Of a stretch of 64,000 bases of DNA, positions 1 through 9,143 are shown piece by piece. Origin of the DNA: an uncultured Spirochaetota bacterium (lineage in GTDB: Bacteria > Spirochaetota > Spirochaetia > SZUA-6 > Fen-1364); NCBI GenBank assembly GCA_963753085.1, contig CAVWBF010000015.1:25821-89820 (forward strand), given 5' to 3'. Positions within the stretch are counted from its first letter, which is position 1. Each line of letters begins with the position of its first letter. A program made the position numbers and the translations under genes. The notes below the pieces were generated by a model, which saw only the letters and a list, made by a program, of their open reading frames with translations, was not told the DNA's origin and made no database searches.

Positions 1-284
1 TTGACATCCCTGCCCACGGCAAGGGTAACCAGAAGAAGGATCAGCGAGATTGCGTAGAGGTACACGGAAAGCAGCCGCAGGGTCCCGTAGTTCAGGAAAG
101 CAAAGAGAAGCAGGATGCTGATCCCCGTTCCAGCCCAGATAAGCTGCTTGAGATACTCCCGGGAGACGGAAAGTCCGCTGGAGTTGACGCCGCTGGAGTA
201 GATGAAAAGCACCCCGACCAGGATCAGGAGGAACGTCGCGCCGAAGAGAACGAAGTCGAAGGAAAGACTGACGGAGCGCCTCAT
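1..284 (-). CDS. SEDS-family cell-wall polymerase (RodA/FtsW-like), 5' part only; gene continues past the window start
   Basis: Not in the ORF track because it runs off the edge. Reverse-strand ATG at 284 reads [94 protein letters not shown]. This gives consecutive TM helices with the IYSS and QLIW patterns typical of RodA/FtsW N-termini. Confidence 0.55.
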   Translation of the reverse strand, partial: MRRSVSLSFDFVLFGATFLLILVGVLFIYSSGVNSSGLSVSREYLKQLIWAGTGISILLLFAFLNYGTLRLLSVYLYAISLILLLVTLAVGRDV

Positions 285-390
285 GGAGTGCTTTCTATCA
301 CTTTCGCTGGCGCTCTGCCAGCGGGGGAGGGCCGCATTGTTGCGCGAAAGCCGGTTTTCAGACGATACTGAGCACGGAGGAGGACCCGAG

Positions 391-1320
391 ATGAGGAACG
401 CAAGCAAGATCTCCGCGGATTTCTGGGACTATACGACGCTGGACACACAGCTGCTTGCCGATGCGGCAAAGCTGACAGAGAAGGATCTGGAGCAGATGGG
501 GCGCCCTGGCTTCTCGGTCAAGTTCTATGACACGGTGGAGGCTTTCTTCAACGCCGAGGCCCTGGAATACGTGTGGGCGTGGCGACAAGCCACTTCCAGC
601 AAGCCTGCCGGCCTCTGCGGGCCCATCGGACCCACGGAGCAGCTTCCGCTGGTTGCGCAGATTGTCAACGACCTGCAGATCGATGTGAGGGAAGGCCATT
701 TCTGGGCCATGGACGAATGGTATGCGGACGGCCGCGAGGTCCCCGTCACCCATCCCCTGAGCTTCGCGAAAGCCGACCTCGACCTGTGCTTCAAGCGCAT
801 CGACAAGAAGCTTCGCATGCCGGACGCGAACCTCCATTTCATCACCGCGAAAGGGATCGGGGAATACTCGAAGTCCTACGACACCGCCCGGTGCCTGATC
901 ATGCAGGGCGGCCAGGGTGAGGTGAAGCACTGGGCCTTCAACGACCCCCCGCGGCGCGACGCGGCCAACCGTGATGCGCCGCCGAGCCCCGCCGAGTACC
1001 GCAAGCTGGCAACGAGGATCGTGAACCTCCATCCCATGACGATCATCCAGAACGCGCGTACATCGGGGGGAGGAGCTGTTTCGGCCGTTCCCTCCCAGGC
1101 GCTCTCCGTGGGACCGGTGGAGACCTGGAAGTCGGAAAAGATCTCCATCTGGCATCCTGGCTGGCATGACAATCCCTTCGGGATGCGCCTGACAACCCTG
1201 ATGATCTCGAAAAAGCTTCCCGACTCCTCCGTGCCTATGAGCCTGCTTGCGGATCACCCGAATGTGCAGTTCAATTTCTACCGCGGCGGAATTGGCACCT
1301 GCGAGGCGGAGATGCATTGA
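391..1320 (+). CDS. NagB/6-phosphogluconolactonase-superfamily sugar-phosphate deaminase/isomerase-like protein
   Basis: ORF 202..1320. Start moved to ATG 391, preceded by GGAGGAGGA (376-384). Blocks [21 protein letters not shown] and [16 protein letters not shown] parallel the conserved NagB-family blocks (GxPTGxTP, FxlDEr, GiGxDGHiAFNEP). Confidence 0.65.
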   Translation: MRNASKISADFWDYTTLDTQLLADAAKLTEKDLEQMGRPGFSVKFYDTVEAFFNAEALEYVWAWRQATSSKPAGLCGPIGPTEQLPLVAQIVNDLQIDVREGHFWAMDEWYADGREVPVTHPLSFAKADLDLCFKRIDKKLRMPDANLHFITAKGIGEYSKSYDTARCLIMQGGQGEVKHWAFNDPPRRDAANRDAPPSPAEYRKLATRIVNLHPMTIIQNARTSGGGAVSAVPSQALSVGPVETWKSEKISIWHPGWHDNPFGMRLTTLMISKKLPDSSVPMSLLADHPNVQFNFYRGGIGTCEAEMH

Positions 1321-1805
1321 TGGCAAGGGGCGCCTTTCTCCCGATTGTCCTGGCCCTTGGGTCGGCATGGAGCCTCAGCGCAGCAACGATCGGAGACACA
1401 CAAGCGCCGGCAGCGTTGAAAACAGAACGGGACGTGCAGAACCTCTGTGAAATCGCGCTGGGCTACGTCGTGAGCGGAGATCTTGAGCAGTGCATTGCCG
1501 TCCTGCGCCCGTATGCCACGAGCATCTCGACAGAAGACGTGGACTCCCTGGAAAACCAGCTGAAGGGCCAGGCGACGACCATCAAGGACAGCTACGGAGA
1601 CCCCATCGGATACCTCTTGATCTCCATGGAGAACATCAAGGATACGATCCTCAAGGGAGTCTACGTGGTGAAGTACGAGCGGCACCTCATCCGCTGGTCA
1701 TTCATCTTCTACAAGCCGTACAGCTCCTGGATCCTGGACTACTTCAATTACGACGATGCAATCGAGGCGCTCTTCGGGCCAAAGGTCGCGACGCCCGCCC
1801 GGTAG
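1320..1805 (+). CDS. hypothetical secreted protein
   Basis: ORF 1317..1805. ATG 1320 overlaps the upstream stop (TGATG), implying translational coupling. The N-terminus [22 protein letters not shown] is signal-peptide-like. No family recognised. Confidence 0.5.
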   Translation: MARGAFLPIVLALGSAWSLSAATIGDTQAPAALKTERDVQNLCEIALGYVVSGDLEQCIAVLRPYATSISTEDVDSLENQLKGQATTIKDSYGDPIGYLLISMENIKDTILKGVYVVKYERHLIRWSFIFYKPYSSWILDYFNYDDAIEALFGPKVATPAR

Positions 1806-1868
1806 CAGGCCGCCGGGGCCGCAGCTGGCGCCTGGCCGCCGCGCCGGCGCCGCCGGCCCCTGGCGCTC

Positions 1869-4532
1869 TCAGCGCGCGGGGCTGAGAGTCAGCCTGTCTG
1901 GGCCGGACCCATCCAGGGACTTTGCGTCCCACAGGGTGGGGTGGTATTTGACGTTCCTCCAGGAATCGATCATGTCGTCGTAATGCCTGTTGCCTGCATG
2001 ACCGCTCTGCCCCGTTGTGTGGATGGTGACCGACCGGGACAAATCTGCCAGGTCGAGGACCTGCCGCATGGAGGAAACAGCGTACACGCCGTACGGCTGG
2101 TCCGCCTTCCAATCCGCGCAGAACACCTGCTGGAATCCGCCTGCAACGGGAAACGGCCCCCGGTTGAAGATCCGCTCGATGATGCGGATGCCCGACTTTC
2201 CAAATGTGAGGTTGCGAAACACCGCGGTATGGACCTTCCCCCATTTCCATCGCCTGATGTCCGTTCCCTGAGCCTTTGTGCCGGTTTTCACCGCCTTCTG
2301 GAGAGCAAGTGCAAGGATGTCGTCACGGGACTCCTGAACATCGAGGGTTGTCGGTTTGTCCCAGAACGGATGGTGAGGGTCTTTCAGCATGATCGAGATG
2401 ACGTTCATCTGGCGGGAATTGTTCTCCAGGGCTGTATCCGGATTCCACAGTGAATTGGAAAACTTGTCCTTGAAGACCTCCTCCATGAGGGACTGCCAGA
2501 AGCAGGCAAAGACGGCCGCTCCCGCGCTTTGCGGGACCATCCAGTCGTCCCAGTTGGCCAGAATGTCCCGCGCCGTTTGGGCTTCACTCTTGAGAGGCAG
2601 TGCTTTCAGATACGGAATGAGCTCGCGGGCAAAAGTATTGAGAACATCCCCCTGCATAGCCTGGACGTCGGCAACCGCGATCTTTGCGGAGGAGTTTTCG
2701 ATCATGTCGACGATGCGCCGGGCCCGGTATCCGAAATCGAAATCGCTTCCAATGAAATACTTGTACCGTTCCGTGGTGACCGGATTGTTCGCCGTGACCA
2801 CATACCCCTTGGGCGGGTTGTAGGAGTAGGGAAGGTCATCGAAGGGGATGAACCCCGTCCACTCGTAGTCGTCTGTCCACCCGGGAGACGGCACAGAACC
2901 GTCCCCTTTCTTCCTGATGGGAACGAGCCCCGGCATCTGGTACCCGATGTTTCCGTCCACGTCCGCGTACACGAAGTTCTGGGAAGGAATATCCCAGTAC
3001 CGGAGGGCAGTCCGAAACTCCTGGAAATTGCGCGCCGCGTCCAGAAGGACCACGGAACGGAGCGTCCTGTTGGGCATGAAGGCCGTCCACTTGAGTGAGA
3101 GCGCCTTCAGCTCCAGGTTCATCGGGAACTCGCCGTGTGGATTGATTGCAAAGCCCTTGTAGCCCGCAAAGGCCTCCTGGTCGGTGATGATGGGACCATG
3201 CCGTGTTTCCCGAGCAAGGATGACCACAGGATCGTCCTGGCCGAATACCTTGATTTCTTCCCGATGGACCTTCATCTCCATCCAATGGCCGTTCACCTCG
3301 TACTGGTTAGGGTTCTCCGGGTTGATGCGCTCGATGTAGAGATCCTCCACGTCGGGATTGACGTTGGTGACTCCCCAGGCAATGCGCTCGTTATGTCCGA
3401 CGATGACTCCCGGGTCTCCCGGGAACGAGAAGCCGCGAACGTGGTAGGGCCCGCCGGCGGGCTTTCCCATCTGGGCCCCGGTGGCAGTGCAGGAAAGGTC
3501 CACCTCGTACCAGATGGATGGCATCTGGATGCCAAGGTGGGGATCGTTTGCAAGGATTGGCTTTCCTGTGGCCGTGCGCGACCCGGCAATCACCCAGTCG
3601 TTCGAACCAATGCCGGCTCCCGTCCCGAATGCCAGGCTGGTTGCCGGGTCAAAGCCGCCTGTGAGCCGGGTAGAGACGCCGCGGATCGCGGCCAGCTGCT
3701 CATCTGTGGGCTGGGGGTAGACGGAGGGGGAGAGTCGCGCCGCGGTTCTCCTGAGGAGGGAGGACGGCAGCTCAGAGTCGGAAACGATGACGGGCATTTC
3801 AGCGTAGCGATACGTGCTGAGGAAGTCCTGCGTCCTGGCCAGGCCGAGGGACTGAATCAGGTCGATGGTGTAGAGCTCTTTCCTCATGTTTGCCCCGAGA
3901 TCCATGGCCATCAGCTTGAGCCAGGTCAGCGAGTTGACAGGCTCCCAGGGCTCGATTTTCACGGGTACGCCCTGCAGCTTGAGAAGGGCAAACTCCAACC
4001 CGAGCTGCCGGGGTTTCCTGTCAGCCACGTACGCGTTCACGCCGTCCGCGTATGCCTGGAGGATGTTCTTCTCTTCCAGGTCTGCTGCTTCGTAGTCCTG
4101 CTCCGCGGCCCTTCGGAAACCGGCCGTTCGAAGGAAGATGTCCGTGCCCACGGTCTTTTTGCCGAAGAGCTCGGACAGCCTGCCCGAGCCGATCCTCCGC
4201 CAGAACTCCATCTGCCAGAAGCGATCCTGCGCGGCAACGTACCCCTGGGCGAAATACATGTCGTGCATGGATGTTGCCCTGATGTGCGGCACGCCGAAGC
4301 GGTCCCTGAGGACCTCAACCGGAGCTTCCACGCCTTTTGCCGTGATTGTCCCGCGAGTCTGGGGAAAGGAGCTTCGGAAGAACCAGACAACCACACACGC
4401 CGCAATGAGACCGACAAGGATTACGACGGCGCCGGCAATAATGAAACCCCTGGCAGTTTTATTCATGACTTCTGTGGTATTCCGGCCCTGCGCGCGGGTC
4501 AAGGGCGTTTCCGCTGGCGTTTCCTCAGGCAT
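1869..4532 (-). CDS. penicillin acylase family protein (peptidase S45, Ntn-hydrolase; possible acyl-homoserine-lactone acylase) with N-terminal membrane anchor
   Basis: 887-aa ORF with a [10 protein letters not shown] 8 nt upstream. TM helix FIIAGAVVILVGLIAACVVVWFF. Nucleophile context GIGSNDWVIAGSRTATGKPILANDPHL is typical of the beta-subunit N-terminus of penicillin/AHL acylases. Confidence 0.85.
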   Translation of the reverse strand: MPEETPAETPLTRAQGRNTTEVMNKTARGFIIAGAVVILVGLIAACVVVWFFRSSFPQTRGTITAKGVEAPVEVLRDRFGVPHIRATSMHDMYFAQGYVAAQDRFWQMEFWRRIGSGRLSELFGKKTVGTDIFLRTAGFRRAAEQDYEAADLEEKNILQAYADGVNAYVADRKPRQLGLEFALLKLQGVPVKIEPWEPVNSLTWLKLMAMDLGANMRKELYTIDLIQSLGLARTQDFLSTYRYAEMPVIVSDSELPSSLLRRTAARLSPSVYPQPTDEQLAAIRGVSTRLTGGFDPATSLAFGTGAGIGSNDWVIAGSRTATGKPILANDPHLGIQMPSIWYEVDLSCTATGAQMGKPAGGPYHVRGFSFPGDPGVIVGHNERIAWGVTNVNPDVEDLYIERINPENPNQYEVNGHWMEMKVHREEIKVFGQDDPVVILARETRHGPIITDQEAFAGYKGFAINPHGEFPMNLELKALSLKWTAFMPNRTLRSVVLLDAARNFQEFRTALRYWDIPSQNFVYADVDGNIGYQMPGLVPIRKKGDGSVPSPGWTDDYEWTGFIPFDDLPYSYNPPKGYVVTANNPVTTERYKYFIGSDFDFGYRARRIVDMIENSSAKIAVADVQAMQGDVLNTFARELIPYLKALPLKSEAQTARDILANWDDWMVPQSAGAAVFACFWQSLMEEVFKDKFSNSLWNPDTALENNSRQMNVISIMLKDPHHPFWDKPTTLDVQESRDDILALALQKAVKTGTKAQGTDIRRWKWGKVHTAVFRNLTFGKSGIRIIERIFNRGPFPVAGGFQQVFCADWKADQPYGVYAVSSMRQVLDLADLSRSVTIHTTGQSGHAGNRHYDDMIDSWRNVKYHPTLWDAKSLDGSGPDRLTLSPAR

Positions 4533-4579
4533 TTGACACCCTTCCGGCGGCTCGGGTACTGTGCTGGCAGGAGGAACAG

Positions 4580-5215
4580 GTGCCTGCGCTCCCCACCCTG
4601 GCTCTCTTTCTGCTGGCGGCCCTCGGGCTGCTCCTGGTTCCCGGCCCGGCCGTGATCTACATCGTTACCAGGAGCGCCGCGCACGGACGGCGCGCGGGCT
4701 TTGCTTCGGTCCTGGGGGTCGAGATTGCGGGCCTCATCCACGCCATGGCAGCAGCCCTCGGGCTGTCCGCCCTTCTTCTCACCTCTGCCCTCGCATTCCA
4801 GTTCGTGAAGTACGCCGGTGCGGCGTACCTGGTCTACCTCGGGGTGAGGACCCTTTTCTCCCGGGATGAAGGGAACGCTCAGCCGGTTCCCGCCCAGGCC
4901 AACCTGACGCAGCTTTTTGCCAGGGGCCTGGTCGTCAACCTGCTGAATCCCAAGACCGCGCTTTTTTTCTACGCCTTCCTGCCCCAGTTCGTGGACCCGC
5001 TGAAAGGCGCGGTCCAGGGGCAGATCTTCCTCCTTGGGCTTCTGTTCGTAAGCCTGGCGACATGCACCGACGGCATGTATTCCCTGCTTGCCTCTTCGGT
5101 GGGCAGGCTGCTGTTCAGGACGTCAAGGATCCGAAGCGTCCGCCGGTACGTCAGCGCGGGGATCTACATGGCCCTTGGTGTGGCAGCGGCCGTAACGGGA
5201 GCTGAAAAGCGCTGA
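4580..5215 (+). CDS. LysE/RhtB family amino-acid exporter
   Basis: GTG start after GGAGGAA. N-terminus LALFLLAALGLLLVPGPAVIYIVTRS and the later NLLNPKTALFFYAFLPQF are hallmark LysE-family motifs. Six predicted TM segments. Confidence 0.85.
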   Translation: MPALPTLALFLLAALGLLLVPGPAVIYIVTRSAAHGRRAGFASVLGVEIAGLIHAMAAALGLSALLLTSALAFQFVKYAGAAYLVYLGVRTLFSRDEGNAQPVPAQANLTQLFARGLVVNLLNPKTALFFYAFLPQFVDPLKGAVQGQIFLLGLLFVSLATCTDGMYSLLASSVGRLLFRTSRIRSVRRYVSAGIYMALGVAAAVTGAEKR

Positions 5216-5252
5216 AACCACGGACCCTGCGGGAGGGACCCCTGGCGCGTTC

Positions 5253-5966
5253 TCAGCGCCCCCTCTCTATTGCTCCACGCTCGCGTAGCAGTTCAAGGAT
5301 CATTCGGATGGCGATCCGTGGACGCCCTTTCGCACACCAATCCGAGCAACAGACGAAGATCCCCCCATGCGCCACCTGGCGCGAATCGACTCGCGTTATC
5401 ACGTAGTGCGCTGCCTTGGCCGGCGTTGCGCACCGATACCCGAGGGTTGGAAGATCGAGGTCGGTTAACAGCGCCTCGCCTCTGCCAAGCAGAATCGGCG
5501 CTACGGCCAAGTGCATCTCATGCACCAGGCCTTGAGATACTGCCGAATCGTGCGCGCCGCCGCCGAGTCGCACGTCCTTCTCGCCAGCCGCGCTACGGGA
5601 AGCTCCAAGGCGGCCTCGATGCCATCGGTAACAAAGTGAAATACCGTTCCGCCTTCCATTGCAGCGAGGGCGCGGATGATGCTGAGGACAAAGACGGGCG
5701 CGTGGTCTGGGGGATCGCGCCCCACCAGCCGCGCCAACTCTGATCGGGCCATGGACCGCGCCCGGGCCAAATGTTGCGGCCCAAGATCCAGGCGCCGATC
5801 CGGCGAAACCCGCGCGCGGTGAAGTCGTCATCAGCGCGGCCTTCGCCATCGTGCTGCGAGGCGTGTGGACCGTCCACTCGATGCAGGGCCTCCCACCGAC
5901 GCCGAGCGGACGACCTGCACCGTAGCCATCGATGGAGACGGAAAACATGACGCGAAAGACAGCCAT
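5253..5966 (-). pseudogene. degraded dihydrofolate-reductase-like (RibD_C / YyaP-type) gene, multiple frameshifts
   Basis: Family-like peptides are spread over all three reverse frames. MAVFRVMFSVSIDGYGAGRPLGVGGRPCIEW is in the frame of ORF 5253..5966. DDDFTARGFRRIGAWILGRNIWPGRGPWPDQSWRGWWG is in the frame of ORF 5593..6072. PVFVLSIIRALAAMEGGTVFHFVTDGIEAALE and RTIRQYLKA are in the frame of ORF 5501..5770. AAGEKDVRLGGGA and GLVHEMHLAVAPILLGRGEALL are back in the first frame. Confidence 0.65.
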
Positions 5967-6111
5967 GAGCGGACCTCCTGTTTGGCGGACGCCAAGGACT
6001 ACCCCGAGTCGCTGCGGTGAGCCACTTGAAGTCTATTCTGATCCGGTCTCGCAGACTCACTAAGGTACACAACGTAGTCGTTCTTGGGCCAATCTGGTCA
6101 CAGGATCTCCC

Positions 6112-6912
6112 TCAGTCGAAATGGACGCGCTGGGACAGCCACCCGGCTGCATAGTCGGCAACCTCTTCCCACCCCGGTTGAGCGATGGTCCAATGGCAGC
6201 GTCCGGGGAACTCCTTGTAGTCGGTCGGAACGCCGGCATCGACGAACCGCTTGTGATTGACCCTGTTCACGGAGGCGGGAACGATGGTGTCTGTGCCACC
6301 CGCAATAATGAGGAGCGGCGGGCGCGATCTATTGCCGAAGTCGATTTCAATCGGGCTGTGGCGGCTGAACGGAGCGAACAGCGTCTGGAAAAAGATGCGC
6401 CCGGATTCGGGCACGATATGCCTCTCGAACTCCTGCTTCTGGTAAGCCGGCGGAAGGCCGTTAGTGAAGGAATACTTGAACATCGGGTAGCTCATGTGCA
6501 CCTCTTTCCACCAGGCTCCCCACGTGAAAAGAAACGGTGCCGTTGACTTGACGGATGACGGCCGCAGCGGGGAGACCCCGCGGGGCGCGGCGGGAGCGAT
6601 GACCACCCCGGCTGCTCCCAGACCCATATTGAGCAGGATCTGGACGAACAGGCCGCCGAAGGAATGGCCTATGAGGACGGGCGGAGTCTTCTCTATGCGG
6701 ATACGGGCGGCATACCGCTCGATGATGTCGGAAACCCCGAGCCGCGCCAGCCCCGCGGGCGGATCCGCCCGAAGCATCTGAACCGACAGCTCGTGAAAGG
6801 GCCAGGGAGGCGCGATGCAGCTGTACCCTTTCGCGCTGAAGAAAAGGACCCATTTATCCCAGCAGAGCGGGGTCAGCCAGGCCCCGTGAACGAACATGAC
6901 CCTCGCCGCCAT
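6112..6912 (-). CDS. alpha/beta-fold hydrolase
   Basis: 266-aa ORF. MFVHGAW at the N-terminus, nucleophile elbow GHSFGG, and a C-terminal His context typical of alpha/beta hydrolases. Confidence 0.8.
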   Translation of the reverse strand: MAARVMFVHGAWLTPLCWDKWVLFFSAKGYSCIAPPWPFHELSVQMLRADPPAGLARLGVSDIIERYAARIRIEKTPPVLIGHSFGGLFVQILLNMGLGAAGVVIAPAAPRGVSPLRPSSVKSTAPFLFTWGAWWKEVHMSYPMFKYSFTNGLPPAYQKQEFERHIVPESGRIFFQTLFAPFSRHSPIEIDFGNRSRPPLLIIAGGTDTIVPASVNRVNHKRFVDAGVPTDYKEFPGRCHWTIAQPGWEEVADYAAGWLSQRVHFD

Positions 6913-6975
6913 TTTTCATCCCTTTCCGACAGCCAATATACTACGGAACCGAAAACAGGGACATGCTGGCTGGCC

Positions 6976-7921
6976 TCAAATGATCTCGATCTCTATCCGC
7001 CACCGGTTCCTGTCTTTGCCCTTCACTGTTCCAATTGCCCCGCGGCGGTCCGTCACATCGAAGAAATCGCTCATGCAGTTGCACGGCTGAATGGCGACCA
7101 GTTGCGTGCTGTTCCCGGTAACGGGCCATCCCCCCTTGTTGATCCAGAGACCGCAATTGGGGATGACCGATGGATCGAAGCGGAAAGACACTTCCTGCCC
7201 TTCATCCTCATAGATCAGAGACATTTTGCCCTGCTCGAAACCAGTGAGATACAGCTTTTCCGCGTCTCCCGTCATCGTGTCTATTCTTGAGAAATCGATT
7301 TCTTTGTCCGAGTTATCTGCTTTTGCGAGAGGCCAGGAGTACAGCCGTCCCTGTGTATCAAAGGCATTGTTTTTTGACCAGTCAACGGAGAATGAAGGAT
7401 TGCCGGGAACTGCAATTTTCATTTTCCCGCGAGACCCGCAAATGGGGCTGAAGGGACCAGATGTATTTGAAGTCGAACGGACAGAGATTTTCGAGAATGT
7501 AATCCAGGCAGATCACGTTCTCCCGCAGCTCAACCTTCCGCGTGAATTGGTAGGGAAATCGTACGCCGTAGGTCTTCTGGACCAGTCCCGTGGACAGCAC
7601 GGTGGTCTCCAATGGCTGCGTCCAGATCTCTCCCTTGTCGGGAAGAGGGACGCCCTTCCAGGGACCGTCGGTATGAAAGCCGACTCCAATCGAAGGGAAA
7701 AGATCCCCAATGCCGCAGTCCGTTGTCACGTATTCAGCGTCGTACGGATACTTGACCAGGCCCGTGAAGGGATTGATGAAGACGCAGTCGAATCCGTTTT
7801 TCTTGTTGACAACCGATATGATTTTGCCGCCAAGCTCCGGCAGGACGATGACCTTGATGAGATTCGTTTCAAGCTCTACAGCGGCAAACCCGTCGTAACG
7901 AGTTTCATTGATTGCTCGCAT
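6976..7921 (-). pseudogene. galactose-mutarotase-like (aldose-epimerase superfamily) gene interrupted by one frameshift
   Basis: ORFs 7382..7921 and 6976..7422 are consecutive halves in different frames. The junction is at the reverse-strand run GGGAAAATGAAAAT (about 7420-7432). The gene starts 4 nt after the xylH stop, so it is the fourth gene of the xyl operon. The fold assignment comes from weak motifs only (LPELGGKI, PDKGEIW, WSLQPHL). Confidence 0.5.
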
Positions 7922-7925
7922 CGCT

Positions 7926-9143
7926 CTATTTTCTCAACCTTCGCGCGCTGCGGGTTGTGATATCGACAAGCACCGCCAGGAGCAGGATGAACCCTTTTAC
8001 CATCAGCTGCGTCGCGGGAGTGAGGTCCATGAGGCTCATGCCGTTATCGATGCTGGCCATGACCAGGCCTCCCACAAGGGCGCCGGGGATTGTCCCGATC
8101 CCTCCCGAGACGCTGGTGCCGCCGATGAATCCCGCGGCAATTGCGTCCAGCTCCATGCCGCCTCCGGTGAGCGGGCTTGCCCCGCCGAGCCGCGCGGTAA
8201 GGACGAACGCGGCTATGGCCACAAGCGCGGCCATGAGGACAAAGAGCATGAAAATGCGCTTTCGAGTGTCGATGCCTGAAAGTCGCGCAGCCTCGGCATT
8301 CCCGCCGATTGCGTAGATCTGCCTGCCGAACACCGTGTTGTTCGAGATGTAGGTGAACAGCAGGCCGAGGGCCAGGACGATGAGAATCGCGTAGGGGATG
8401 CCCATGTACGAAATAAGAATTCCGAAAAAGATGGCGATCCCCCCGCAGACGGCGGCTATCATGACCAGGTGACGGCCCAGCGGCGTTACCTCATAGCCGC
8501 TTCTTTTCTTGATGCTGCGGCTTCGAAACTGGGAGAAGATAAAGATGAGCATGAGCGCGGCCATCACAAAGACCGTGGAGTCGTTCTTGAAGAGACCCAC
8601 GGTCGGCAGGTATCCCTGACCGATGGCCAGGAACCCTGTCTTGAGGGGCGTCTGCGTCTGGCCCAGGGTTACGGCCAGCATGGCTCCGCGAAGAATGAGC
8701 TGACTTGCAAGGGTGACGATAAAGGCGGGTATCCGCCTGTAGGCAATCCAGTATCCGTGCCAGCAGCCAATGGCAATCGCGACCGCCATTCCGATGAGAA
8801 GCGAAGGCACGGTGGCCATATGGCCTCGAAGCTGCAGGGCTCCGACGAGGCCACCGATAAAGCTCAGGAAGTAACCGAGAGACAGATCGATCTGGCCGGC
8901 GACCAGGATCAACACTATCCCCGTGGCGAGAATGGCCACCGTCGCTGTCTGCAGGAAAAGGTTCGAGAGATTCCTCGTTGAAATGAAGACACCTTGTGTG
9001 AGCACGGTGAACACCAGCCAGATCCCGATCAAGGCCATGAACATCGTGTACTGGCGGATATTCTTCCGGAATGATTCCAGGATCCCGCTTCCCTGGCTTT
9101 CCCGCGCGGGCGGGCCAAGGACCTGCTGCTCGATATTACTCAC
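7926..9143 (-). CDS. xylH: sugar ABC transporter permease, XylH-type
   Basis: ORF 7926..9188. Likely GTG start at 9143 overlapping the xylG stop (GTGAGTAA); ATG 9188 is the alternative. About 10 TM segments. Motifs LVAGQIDLSLGY and YAIGGNAEAARLSGI are typical of the XylH/RbsC permease family. Confidence 0.85.
   Translation of the reverse strand: MSNIEQQVLGPPARESQGSGILESFRKNIRQYTMFMALIGIWLVFTVLTQGVFISTRNLSNLFLQTATVAILATGIVLILVAGQIDLSLGYFLSFIGGLVGALQLRGHMATVPSLLIGMAVAIAIGCWHGYWIAYRRIPAFIVTLASQLILRGAMLAVTLGQTQTPLKTGFLAIGQGYLPTVGLFKNDSTVFVMAALMLIFIFSQFRSRSIKKRSGYEVTPLGRHLVMIAAVCGGIAIFFGILISYMGIPYAILIVLALGLLFTYISNNTVFGRQIYAIGGNAEAARLSGIDTRKRIFMLFVLMAALVAIAAFVLTARLGGASPLTGGGMELDAIAAGFIGGTSVSGGIGTIPGALVGGLVMASIDNGMSLMDLTPATQLMVKGFILLLAVLVDITTRSARRLRK

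Noticed and set aside
1806-1868. GC-rich segment between convergent genes as a bidirectional terminator
   Set aside because: It contains many G/C runs (GGCCGCCGGGGCCGC...GCGCCGCCGGCCCC), but I could not define a clean stem with a flanking T-run on either strand.
3135-4655. 506-aa plus-strand ORF antisense to the penicillin-acylase gene (similarly 358..1368, 10680..11795, 40961..41950, 42482..43429, 48067..49113, 50774..52159 and 15454..16182)
   Set aside because: Each lies opposite a gene with strong family motifs, has an arginine/glycine/proline-biased composition and lacks any motif. All are treated as shadow ORFs.
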